DNA of 64,000 bases. Origin: Myxococcota bacterium. Its GTDB lineage: Bacteria; Myxococcota_A; UBA9160; UBA6930. The notes under the pieces are model-generated. The model was not told where the DNA came from and made no database searches. It saw only the letters and a program-made list of their open reading frames with translations. Numbering within the stretch: the first letter of the stretch is position 1; each line of letters opens with the position of its first letter. This document shows positions 29,211 to 37,317 of the stretch, piece after piece. The stretch covers positions 2,112,001 through 2,176,000 of the forward strand of contig OZ245002.1 in the NCBI GenBank assembly GCA_965223415.1. The letters are read 5' to 3'. The translations under genes were made by a program, and so were the position numbers.

Positions 29211-30620
29211 ATGGGAATCCGAGTCGGCGGGCTCTCCACGGGCCTGGACACCGCAGCGCTGATCGAGGCCTTCGTGGCCTTCGAGCGCCGTCCGCTCGAT
29301 CTCGTGGAGGCGCGCAAGGCCGAAGTCGAGACCCAGCAGTCCCTGTTCCGGGATCTGAACAGCAAGCTCCAGGCGCTGCGCGACGCGGCCGCGGCTGTCG
29401 ACAACCAGAACAGCCTCCTCACCGGCCCGACCCTCGACGAGGAGCTCCTCGAGTTCGGCGTCCTCTCGTCGAACGAGAGCGTGCTTACTGGTAACGCGAC
29501 CGGCAACGCGACGCCCGGCAGCCTCGACGTGGAGGTGGAACGGCTCGCGACAGTCGGCCGCCGCTTCTCCGCGGCGTTCGCCGACGACACGGCGATCATC
29601 GCCAACTCCGGCGAGACGCTGAGCATCGACTACGGCGGCACGAGCAACATCGACATCACGGTCGGTGCCACAGGTTCCAGCCTCCAGGACCTGAAAGACG
29701 CGATCAACACGGATTCCAACAATCAGGGCAACGTGCGCGCCGACATCCTCTTCGACGGCACGAGCTATCGGCTGATCGTGTCCGGTGCCAACACCGGCGC
29801 GGCCAACGACGTCAGCGTCACCACCACCATCTCCGGGCCCGGTGCCCTGCCCTTCGTGGACGCGGCACTGGACCAGGCGGCCCAGGACGCCCGGGTCAAG
29901 GTCTTCGGGAACATCACGATCGATCGGCCCGAGAACGACATCACCGACGTCGTGCCAGGCCTCACCCTGAAGCTTCACGCAGCGGATCCGGGCTTCCCGG
30001 TCACTCTCGACGTGCAGCGCGACGACGAGAAGCTCGCCGAGAAGTTCCAGGCGTTCGTGGACGCCTACAACAGCGTCGTCGACTTCGTGAACTCCCAGAG
30101 CCGCTTCGACGAGGAGGCCGAGAAGGCCGGGCCGCTCTCCGGCAACCCGACCCTGCGCGGCATCCAGTTCGCACTCCAGAACGCACTGCAGGGGAGCTCG
30201 GCGAATCCCTACCAGTTCGCCGGCAACCCCCTGCGCTCGGCCGGCGAGTTCGGCATCGAGCTCGGTTCCGACGGCAGGCTCAACCTGAACACGACCGAGA
30301 TGACCGAGAAGCTCGACGAGGACCCGTTCGCCGTGCGCCAGTTCCTGGCTGGCGACGGGACCGACGACGGAATGGCCCTCGCCATGGCCAAGGCCGTCGA
30401 CGAGTACATCCGCTCCGGCGACGGCATCCTGGCCGGCGTCGATGAGTCGCTCCAGAACCGCATCGCGAACTTCGAGGTCCAGATCGAGCGCTTCGAGGCG
30501 CGGCTCGAGAAGCGGGAGGAGCTGCTCGTGCTCCAGTTCTCGCGCCTCGAGTCCTCGATCGCCGCGCTCCAGGCCCAGGGGAACTCGCTGAACGGCCTCT
30601 TGCTCACCAGATCGGTGTAG
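29211..30620 (+). CDS. fliD: Filament cap protein FliD
   Basis: GLSTGLDT..LI, AQDA, FVDAYN, QFSRLE C-terminus. Confidence 0.94.
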   Translation: MGIRVGGLSTGLDTAALIEAFVAFERRPLDLVEARKAEVETQQSLFRDLNSKLQALRDAAAAVDNQNSLLTGPTLDEELLEFGVLSSNESVLTGNATGNATPGSLDVEVERLATVGRRFSAAFADDTAIIANSGETLSIDYGGTSNIDITVGATGSSLQDLKDAINTDSNNQGNVRADILFDGTSYRLIVSGANTGAANDVSVTTTISGPGALPFVDAALDQAAQDARVKVFGNITIDRPENDITDVVPGLTLKLHAADPGFPVTLDVQRDDEKLAEKFQAFVDAYNSVVDFVNSQSRFDEEAEKAGPLSGNPTLRGIQFALQNALQGSSANPYQFAGNPLRSAGEFGIELGSDGRLNLNTTEMTEKLDEDPFAVRQFLAGDGTDDGMALAMAKAVDEYIRSGDGILAGVDESLQNRIANFEVQIERFEARLEKREELLVLQFSRLESSIAALQAQGNSLNGLLLTRSV

Positions 30621-30648
30621 ACGACGGACCACACGTCTCGGAGGGGAG

Positions 30649-31023
30649 ATGGGAAACCGGTACCAGCAGATGGACATCTCGACGGCGTCGCCGGAGGCGA
30701 TCGTCGCGAAGCTGTTCCAGGGTGCGATCCGCCACGCGCGCCGCGCACGGTCGCTGGACACCGACGGGCCGCCCGGAGAGCGGGGCCAGTCCATCTCCAA
30801 GGCCGTCGCGATCGTCGGGGAGCTCCGCAGCTCACTCGACCACGACCGCGGCGGTGAGATCGCGGACAACCTGGCCCGGCTCTACGACTTCGTGATCGAG
30901 CGGCTCACCGAGGCCAACCTGCGCCGAGCGGGTCAGCCCATCGACGACGCGCTGCAGGTGCTCGACACCCTCGAAGAGGCGTGGGCCGAGCTGGCCCGCC
31001 GCGGTGAGCGGGGCGCGGCGTGA
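30649..31023 (+). CDS. fliS: Flagellin chaperone FliS
   Basis: TASPE, ELRSSLD..RGGEIA.NL.RLYDF, L.EAW. Confidence 0.93.
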   Translation: MGNRYQQMDISTASPEAIVAKLFQGAIRHARRARSLDTDGPPGERGQSISKAVAIVGELRSSLDHDRGGEIADNLARLYDFVIERLTEANLRRAGQPIDDALQVLDTLEEAWAELARRGERGAA

Positions 31024-31355
31024 GCGCCCTGGCCGCCCGCGCCCGAGCGCTGCGGAAGGCGGCGATCGCCCTGGCGGCGGCGGTGGAGCAGGGCGAGCCC
31101 GAGAGCCTGGAGGCGGCCCTCTCCGTGAGGGAGACGGCCTTCGAGCAGCTCCTCGAAGGAGCCGGCGACGGCCTCGACGCCAAGAGCCGGCCGATCGTGG
31201 AGGAAGTGATCGCCCTCGACGCCCGGATCCAGCAACGGCTCCGCGAACAGCAGGCCGCGATCCGGGCCGAGCTCGACCAGATCGCCCACACCCGCCGGGT
31301 GGTCGCCCGCGAGACCGCCGACGACGTACCGCGCTTCGTGAGCCGGCGCGCATGA
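31020..31355 (+). CDS. FliT-like chaperone
   Basis: 111-aa helical ORF directly after fliS. Confidence 0.6.
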   Translation: MSALAARARALRKAAIALAAAVEQGEPESLEAALSVRETAFEQLLEGAGDGLDAKSRPIVEEVIALDARIQQRLREQQAAIRAELDQIAHTRRVVARETADDVPRFVSRRA

Positions 31356-32392
31356 GCGACGAAGAAGCCCAGGAGGTGGCCGAACAGGCTCCGGAAGAGG
31401 AGCCCGAGACGACCGAAGAGGCCGAGAGCGGCGAGGCGGGCGCCGAATCGCCGGACGCGGCCGAGCTCGATGCGGAGGCGCTGGCCGGCGTGGCTCGGGA
31501 CTTCGCCGCGACCTTCTCGAAGGACCTCTCCGCGCTCCTCGGTGCCGACGCGAGCCTCTCGGTCCAGGGCACTTCCGTCGCGCAGCCCGACGCGCTCGTG
31601 TGTCCCGACGCCGTCGTCGATCAGCTCGCGCGATGCGAGGGCGAGCCGGCCCGAAGTCTGCACGTGCTGGTTCCCGTTGCCGACGCCGTCGGAATGGGGG
31701 CTCTCCAGGCAGGCGGCGAAGGTGATGCGGTGACCGAGGCGCGGGAGGGCGGGGACTTCGCTGCCCACGCCGAGGCCTTCGGCGAGGTGATGAAGCTCGC
31801 GGCCGCTGTGCTCTCCAAGCTGCTCGAGCCCCACGGTGTCGGCCCGCTCGCCCTGCAGGACGCACGGCCGCTGGAGGACGCGGCGAGCGACACCTCCTGG
31901 CTCGGCGACGCGGCCCAGTGGTGCCTGCGCCTCGAGCTCGGCGTGGAGGGCTTCGACGGGGCGCCGCTCCTCGTCCTCCTCGAGAAGGTGGAGGGCGACG
32001 GCGAGGCGGATGCGGCCCTCGAAGACCTCTCGGTCGTGATCATCGACCCGGACGGAGAAGAGCGGGACCGCATCGAGGAGGTCGGAGAGCAAAAGGGCCG
32101 CGAGATCGCCGCCATCGATCCCGCAGAGTTCGACGACGACAGCCGCGAGTCGATCGAAGAGGCCGACGCGGTGATCGTTGCCTGGCAGCTCGGCGGGCGC
32201 TCCGGCCTCGAGCTCGTCGAGCATCTCGTGCGCCACGAGCAGACCTCGGGTACGCCGGCGCTCCTCGCCCACGATCTGGCCCATCGCGGGATGGTCGAGA
32301 GTGCGCTGCGCGCCGGCGCCCGCGGCTTCGTGCTCCGGCCCTACGACGTAGAAGAGATCGAGAAGGCCGTCACCGCGGCCCGCCGCTCCTAA
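31352..32392 (+). CDS. CheC/CheX/FliY-like domain fused to a degenerate receiver domain
   Basis: DLSALLG, EAFGEVMK in N-half; C-half VVIID...DAVIVAWQL.G.SGLELV...ALRAGARGFVLRPY. Confidence 0.65.
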   Translation: MSDEEAQEVAEQAPEEEPETTEEAESGEAGAESPDAAELDAEALAGVARDFAATFSKDLSALLGADASLSVQGTSVAQPDALVCPDAVVDQLARCEGEPARSLHVLVPVADAVGMGALQAGGEGDAVTEAREGGDFAAHAEAFGEVMKLAAAVLSKLLEPHGVGPLALQDARPLEDAASDTSWLGDAAQWCLRLELGVEGFDGAPLLVLLEKVEGDGEADAALEDLSVVIIDPDGEERDRIEEVGEQKGREIAAIDPAEFDDDSRESIEEADAVIVAWQLGGRSGLELVEHLVRHEQTSGTPALLAHDLAHRGMVESALRAGARGFVLRPYDVEEIEKAVTAARRS

Positions 32393-32401
32393 CCCCAAGA
32401 A

Positions 32402-32477
32402 CGCAAGAGTGGGGACGTTCCTTGCATCTTGCGTTTGCCACGAAACGCAAGATGCAAGGAACGTCCCCACTCTTGCG
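32402..32477. repeat. Perfect 35-bp inverted repeat with 6-nt loop (REP/REPIN-like)
   Basis: CGCAAGAGTGGGGACGTTCCTTGCATCTTGCGTTT-GCCACG-exact reverse complement; between convergent genes. Confidence 0.9.
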
Positions 32478-32786
32478 CTAGACCTTCATGTCGAGGAGCG
32501 AGCCCTTCAGCTCGAGCTCCGCGTCGAGGGTGCGCAGGGCGGCCTGACCGCTCACCAGCGCCTTGGTCTGCTCGATCTTCTCCCGCCCCAGGTCCACTTC
32601 GCGGGGATCCTTCGTCCGGTTCACCACAGCCTGGGGCCTCTGGCCGGCGTCGACGGCCTGCTGGACTTCCAGCGGATGGAAGTCCGGCGTGTTCAAGTTG
32701 GCCACGTTGTGCGCCGAGGCTTCGAGCCTCTTGGTGGCGACGTCGAGGCCGGCGAGGCCCGCCGAGGCGGCATCGGAGATCATCAT
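32478..32786 (-). CDS. Small flagellar rod-like protein (FlgB/C-type N- and C-terminal motifs only)
   Basis: SAHNVANLNT, EVDLGRE, GSLLDMKV; GGAGG SD. Confidence 0.8.
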   Translation of the reverse strand: MMISDAASAGLAGLDVATKRLEASAHNVANLNTPDFHPLEVQQAVDAGQRPQAVVNRTKDPREVDLGREKIEQTKALVSGQAALRTLDAELELKGSLLDMKV

Positions 32787-32812
32787 CTTCCTCCCGCCCC
32801 TCCCGTGGATCT

Positions 32813-32840
32813 GCATCGTCGCTGGTTCCCCGCGGCTTGA
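32813..32840 (-). promoter_or_regulatory. Possible sigma28-type promoter
   Basis: Minus strand TCAAG-N15-GACGATGC. Confidence 0.45.
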
Positions 32841-33206
32841 GCCGATCCCCCCGGGCCTCCGGGGTTTCCCCGAGTGCACCTGCAGCCTTTCCCCGAGTCG
32901 GTGTCACCTGCACGGACGAATCGTGCACTCACGACCATGGAGCTCTTCCTTCTCGCCGGTTGTGCCTGCGTCGCGTGGACCGCCGCGGAGCTCGGACGCG
33001 CTGCGGCCAGGCCGTCCGCCTCCTTCGGCGCGATCGACGGGCGGGGTCGCCCCCTCGACGTGGTGCTCGATCGCCGGGCCGCCGCCCGCGGTCGCCGCAC
33101 GGACGACGCCGCCAGTCTCTCCCTTCGCGTCTGACCAGGATCGGGGAAACGCCCGATCGACCGGAGCGCGCAGGCGACCGAAACGGGTCTCCGAAGGGAG
33201 TCGCCC

Positions 33207-34304
33207 GTGGGATCGAAGAACGCTCCGAACGAGGATCCGGCCCTCGACGCGCTCGCTGCGGCGCTTCGAGATTGGGGTGAGATGGCCATCGCCCTGGCCG
33301 AGCGCGATCCGGACGAGATCCGCGAGGACTTCGACGGTTGGGCCCGGCACGCCGTACTGGCTGCGCCGCGCCCCGGTCTCGACGACCCGGGCGCGCCGCC
33401 CGCCGCTCACAAGGATTGGAACGGCCTCGGCCGCTTCGTGCGGGAGCACCGGCGAGCCGAGCACGACTTCGTCACGCGCAGCCTGGCCGACCTGCGACAG
33501 GTGATCTGGCACTTCGTCCAGAGCCTGGGACGCGCGATCAGCGAGGACCGCAAGGCCGACGGCGAGGTGGCCACCAAGATGCTCGATCTGCGCCGCGCGG
33601 TGGAGTCGAACGACACTGAGGCTCTCAAGCGCGAAGCTCTCGCTTCGATCACGCTCATCCAGAGCCGCATCGAGGGCCGCAAGCGTCGCGAGCAGGGGCA
33701 GATCGAGGAGCTCTCCGGCAAGCTCGAAGACATGGCGACCGAGCTCGTGGAGGTGAAGGAGCAGCTCTCGGTCGACGCCCTCACGCAGGTGTGCAACCGC
33801 GCCGGCTTCGACGACCACGTCTCCCGCGTGGTGAGCCTGGGCTTCGTTCTCGGCCAGCCGGCCATCCTGTTCATGATCGACGTGGATCACTTCAAGTGGG
33901 TCAACGATCGCTACGGGCACGGGGCCGGCGACGAGGTGCTGCGAAAGGTGGCCGCCCGGCTCGAGCACACCTTCCGCCGCAAGGGCGACTTCCTGGCGCG
34001 CTTCGGTGGCGACGAGTTCGCCGCGGTGATCCTCGAGGACAGCCTGGAGATCGCCGATCGGATCGGCGAGCGCCTGCTCTTCGCGATTCGCGACCTGGAC
34101 GTCCCGTGGGAGGACGAGGAAGAGCCGATCCGTGTGTCGGTCTCGGTGGGCGCCGCTCGCCTGGAGCCCGGCGAGAACGCGACGAGCTGGTTCGAGCGCG
34201 CGGACCGCGCCCTCTACCAGGCCAAGGAGCTCGGCCGGGACCGGCTCGCCATCGCCACGCCGGACGGAAGCTCCCGGGAAGAGAGCGCCGCCGAGACCGA
34301 GTAA
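33207..34304 (+). CDS. Diguanylate cyclase (GGDEF)
   Basis: DALTQVCNR, DVDHFK.VND.YGH..GD, RKGD I-site, RFGGDEF. Confidence 0.95.
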   Translation: MGSKNAPNEDPALDALAAALRDWGEMAIALAERDPDEIREDFDGWARHAVLAAPRPGLDDPGAPPAAHKDWNGLGRFVREHRRAEHDFVTRSLADLRQVIWHFVQSLGRAISEDRKADGEVATKMLDLRRAVESNDTEALKREALASITLIQSRIEGRKRREQGQIEELSGKLEDMATELVEVKEQLSVDALTQVCNRAGFDDHVSRVVSLGFVLGQPAILFMIDVDHFKWVNDRYGHGAGDEVLRKVAARLEHTFRRKGDFLARFGGDEFAAVILEDSLEIADRIGERLLFAIRDLDVPWEDEEEPIRVSVSVGAARLEPGENATSWFERADRALYQAKELGRDRLAIATPDGSSREESAAETE

Positions 34305-34341
34305 GGGCGGAGGGCGCGCCCGGCGGTCCCGGTCGGGACGG

Positions 34342-35736
34342 TCAGGAGCGTGCTGCGGCCTCGCCCAGGATCGCGAGGGCGGCGATCCGGTAGGCCTCGG
34401 TCAGGGTCGGGAAGTTGAAGGCGCTCTCGACGAAGTCGTCGACCTCCCAGCTCGCCTGGATGGCGACCTGGGCCACGTGGATCAGGTCCGTTGCGCCTTC
34501 GCCGAGGATCTGAACGCCGAGCACCCGACCGTTCTCAGCGCTCGCGACCATCTTCAGCCAGCCTTCGGTGCGCCGGTTGATCACCGATCGCGCCACCTCG
34601 TCGAGGCGCGCGCGGCCGACGACCGGCGTGAGGCCCTGCTCGGTGGCGTCGGCCTCGGTGAGGCCGACGGTAGCCAGATCGGGAATGGTGTAGATGCCCA
34701 CGGGCAGGGTGGAGGCGCCTTCGCCGGCAGGGAGCCCCAGAGCGCGGGCGACGGCGCGGCGGCCCTGCTCCATCGCCGTCGTGGCCAGGGCCGGGGGCCC
34801 GATCACGTCGCCGACCGCGAGGACGTGGGGAATGGCCGTGCGCAGGTCCGCATCCACGTCCAGCAAGCCGCGCTCGTTCACGGCGAGCCCGGCCCTCTCC
34901 AGCTGTAGCTCCGGCAGACAGCCCACGCGACCGAGCGCCACGAGGACCTTCGTGGCTTCGAGGAAACGGCCGTCCTCCAGGGTCACCATGCTGTGGGAGA
35001 AGCCGTCCCACTCGACGCCAGTGGCACGGGCCTCGGGGACGTAGCGCCCGCCGCGCCTCTCGAAGGCCTCGACGAAACCCGCCGAGAGCTCCGGGTCGAG
35101 GAAGGCCAGCGGGCGCGGCGCGCGGTCGACGATCGTCACCCGGCTGCCGAGGGTGGCGAACACCGAGGCGTACTCGCAGGCGATCACGCCGCCGCCCAGC
35201 ACCAGGAGGCTCTCGGGCACGTAGCGGAGGGAGAGGATCGAGTCGCTGTCGAGGACGCGCTCGTGATCGACGGTGATCTCGTCGGGCACGCGCGGCCGGG
35301 AGCCCGTGGCGATGACGATGCGCTCCGCTTCGATCTCGGTCACGGCGCCCCGCGGCGTCGTGACCGAGACGACGTGCTCGGACTCGAATCGACCGCGTCC
35401 GCGCTCGATCTCGATTCCGTTGCGCTCGAGCTGGGCGCGCATGAAGCGGCTGTGGCCGGCCAGGACCGCGTCCACGCGCGCCTTCAGCTCCGACAGGGGC
35501 AGGGACCGTTCGCCGCCCTCGGCCGGCTTCTCGTCGCCGTCGCCCATGGACTCGAGGGCGAGCTGGCGCAGGGTCTTGCTCGGGATCGTTCCCCAGTGCA
35601 CGCAGGCACCGCCCACGTCCCGTCCGGACTCCACCAGGGAGACCCGCCGGCCGGTTTTTGCCGCGGCGATCGCCGCCTTCTGGCCGCCGGGTCCGCCGCC
35701 GATCACGAGCAGGTCGACGCGCCTGCGGTCGGTCAC
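34342..35736 (-). CDS. sthA: Soluble pyridine nucleotide transhydrogenase
   Basis: GGGPGG, GGACVHWGTIPSK (CxxxxT), GGGVIACEYAS, FNFPTLTEAYRIAAL. Confidence 0.85.
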   Translation of the reverse strand: MTDRRRVDLLVIGGGPGGQKAAIAAAKTGRRVSLVESGRDVGGACVHWGTIPSKTLRQLALESMGDGDEKPAEGGERSLPLSELKARVDAVLAGHSRFMRAQLERNGIEIERGRGRFESEHVVSVTTPRGAVTEIEAERIVIATGSRPRVPDEITVDHERVLDSDSILSLRYVPESLLVLGGGVIACEYASVFATLGSRVTIVDRAPRPLAFLDPELSAGFVEAFERRGGRYVPEARATGVEWDGFSHSMVTLEDGRFLEATKVLVALGRVGCLPELQLERAGLAVNERGLLDVDADLRTAIPHVLAVGDVIGPPALATTAMEQGRRAVARALGLPAGEGASTLPVGIYTIPDLATVGLTEADATEQGLTPVVGRARLDEVARSVINRRTEGWLKMVASAENGRVLGVQILGEGATDLIHVAQVAIQASWEVDDFVESAFNFPTLTEAYRIAALAILGEAAARS

Positions 35737-36575
35737 TCCCCATTCTCCAGCATCTCGCGGATGACGTCCCTTCGCGCGAGCAGGGCGTCGAGGTCGTCGG
35801 GGTAGATCCCCAGCTCGTCCAGGATCGGATCGGCGCGCAGGGCTTCCTCCTTGGCTTCGTCGTCCTCGTCCGCGTCGAGGAGATCGAAGAGGCGCTCGGC
35901 CAAGAGCACGAGAAGGGCGTCACGCGCCGCCGAGGCCCGCGGCGTCGATTCGTCGAAGGCGACCGTCTCGCGCACGTGCTCCGGAAGGCCCCAGCTCTCG
36001 GCCGCACGCAGCCCCAGGCGGAGCCGGAAGGCGGCCTCGAGCTCCCGGAACTCCTCTGGCGGCATGCGCGGATCGCTCGCCCGACGAATCCGTGAGAGCG
36101 CACGGATCAGGAGTGCCGTGCCCACGTGGCGAAGCAGGCCCGAGAGGAAGGCGGCCTCGACGTCCTCGCGAAGCGCGCGGGCCACCTCCTTGGCGAACAG
36201 GCCGGTGCCGAGAGATCGCCGCCAGAGCTGGCGCAGCTCCTCCTGGAAGCCGGGGGCGTTGAACACGCCGTCTCGAACGCTCGCGGCCACCGCCAGCTCG
36301 ACGACGCGCTGGACGCCGAGCCGCGCGATCGCCTGCTGCAGCGACACGATGGCGACACGGCCCGCCTGCATGGCGGAGTTCGCGTCCTTCAGGATCTCTG
36401 CCGCGAGGCCCTGATCGCGGTGGACCAGCTCGGCCAGATCGGCCGCTGCCGTCATCGGATCCGCCGCGGTCTCGAGCACGCGCTGCGCGACCTCCGGAAG
36501 GGGAGGCAGCTCGATGCGGCCCGCGTCGTATCGACGTTCGAGCTCGCGACGGAGTGATTCGAGACTGCGCGCCAT
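35733..36575 (-). CDS. HDOD domain protein (degenerate HD: GLLRHVG)
   Basis: LPPLPEVA, DQGLAAEILKDANS, AIARLG, W.LP. Confidence 0.88.
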   Translation of the reverse strand: MARSLESLRRELERRYDAGRIELPPLPEVAQRVLETAADPMTAAADLAELVHRDQGLAAEILKDANSAMQAGRVAIVSLQQAIARLGVQRVVELAVAASVRDGVFNAPGFQEELRQLWRRSLGTGLFAKEVARALREDVEAAFLSGLLRHVGTALLIRALSRIRRASDPRMPPEEFRELEAAFRLRLGLRAAESWGLPEHVRETVAFDESTPRASAARDALLVLLAERLFDLLDADEDDEAKEEALRADPILDELGIYPDDLDALLARRDVIREMLENGE

Positions 36576-36660
36576 CGCACTTCACCCGTCGGTGTTCCTC
36601 CCGGACACCTTTACAGGAACTCGCAGCTCCGGCGTGTCTTCGCTCGCAGGCCGGCGCCTT

Positions 36661-36699
36661 CGCTCGGCGATGAAACGGAGCCGCTTGCAGGATGAAACG
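36661..36699. promoter_or_regulatory. Tandem putative enhancer sites
   Basis: CGCTCGGCGATGAAACG (36661-36677) and GCTTGCAGGATGAAACG (36683-36699). Confidence 0.5.
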
Positions 36700-36735
36700 C
36701 GCCGGTGCCGAACGTGCCTCACGCGCACCCGCGAC

Positions 36736-36751
36736 TGGCACGTCGCTTGCT
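36736..36751 (+). promoter_or_regulatory. Sigma54 promoter of the PilZ-TPR-regulator operon
   Basis: TGGCAC-GTCGC-TTGCT, perfect consensus. Confidence 0.85.
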
Positions 36752-36777
36752 CTTCCGTCTGCGAGGAGGATCGTCCC

Positions 36778-37317
36778 GTGAGCGACTCCGAGGCCCGGTC
36801 CGGTGATCAGGACCAGCGTTCCTACTACCGCGTCCCCACTTTTCTCCCGGTGCGCTGCCGTCGCGTCGGCGCCAGCGAGCTCGCCGCGCTAGAGGCGGAG
36901 ATCCTGACCCACGAGTCCTTCGACGTCTCGAACGTCGATCCCGGGCTGTGCGAGTGGCTCGATCGCATCGAGGGAAAGCTCGACCGGATCCTCGCCCACT
37001 ACGAGTCCGAGGACGGGCGCTGGATCACCCCTGAAGGGCCGCTCGAGCTGACCCTCTCGGGCTCCGGTATCCGGCTGCCGGTGACGCAGGAGGTCGCAGT
37101 CGGGACCAACGTGCTGCTCGAGATCGTCCTGCCGGGAACGCCGAAGCAGGTGATCCGCTGCATCGGGGAGGTGGCGAAGAGCGACGACGACGAGAAGGGC
37201 CCCGCCATCGCGGCGGGCTTCCGCGTCATCGCCGAGAGCGACCGCGACGCGGTGGTCGGCCACGTCCTGCAGGTGCAGCGCTCCGAGTTGCGGCGGCGCG
37301 CGTCGGGCGACGAGTGA
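36778..37317 (+). CDS. PilZ domain protein
   Basis: QRSYYR (RxxxR), IEGKLDRIL insertion, TLSGSG (variant D/NxSxxG); GAGGAG SD. Confidence 0.8.
   Translation: MSDSEARSGDQDQRSYYRVPTFLPVRCRRVGASELAALEAEILTHESFDVSNVDPGLCEWLDRIEGKLDRILAHYESEDGRWITPEGPLELTLSGSGIRLPVTQEVAVGTNVLLEIVLPGTPKQVIRCIGEVAKSDDDEKGPAIAAGFRVIAESDRDAVVGHVLQVQRSELRRRASGDE

Noticed and set aside
32860..32930. Imperfect direct repeat TTTCCCCGAGT...CACCTGCA and possible c-di-GMP riboswitch near the GGDEF gene
   Set aside because: No riboswitch consensus recognised; only two degenerate copies, too weak to call
32937..33134. 65-aa ORF MELFLLAGCAC...
   Set aside because: No clear SD or family motif; could be real but unsupported
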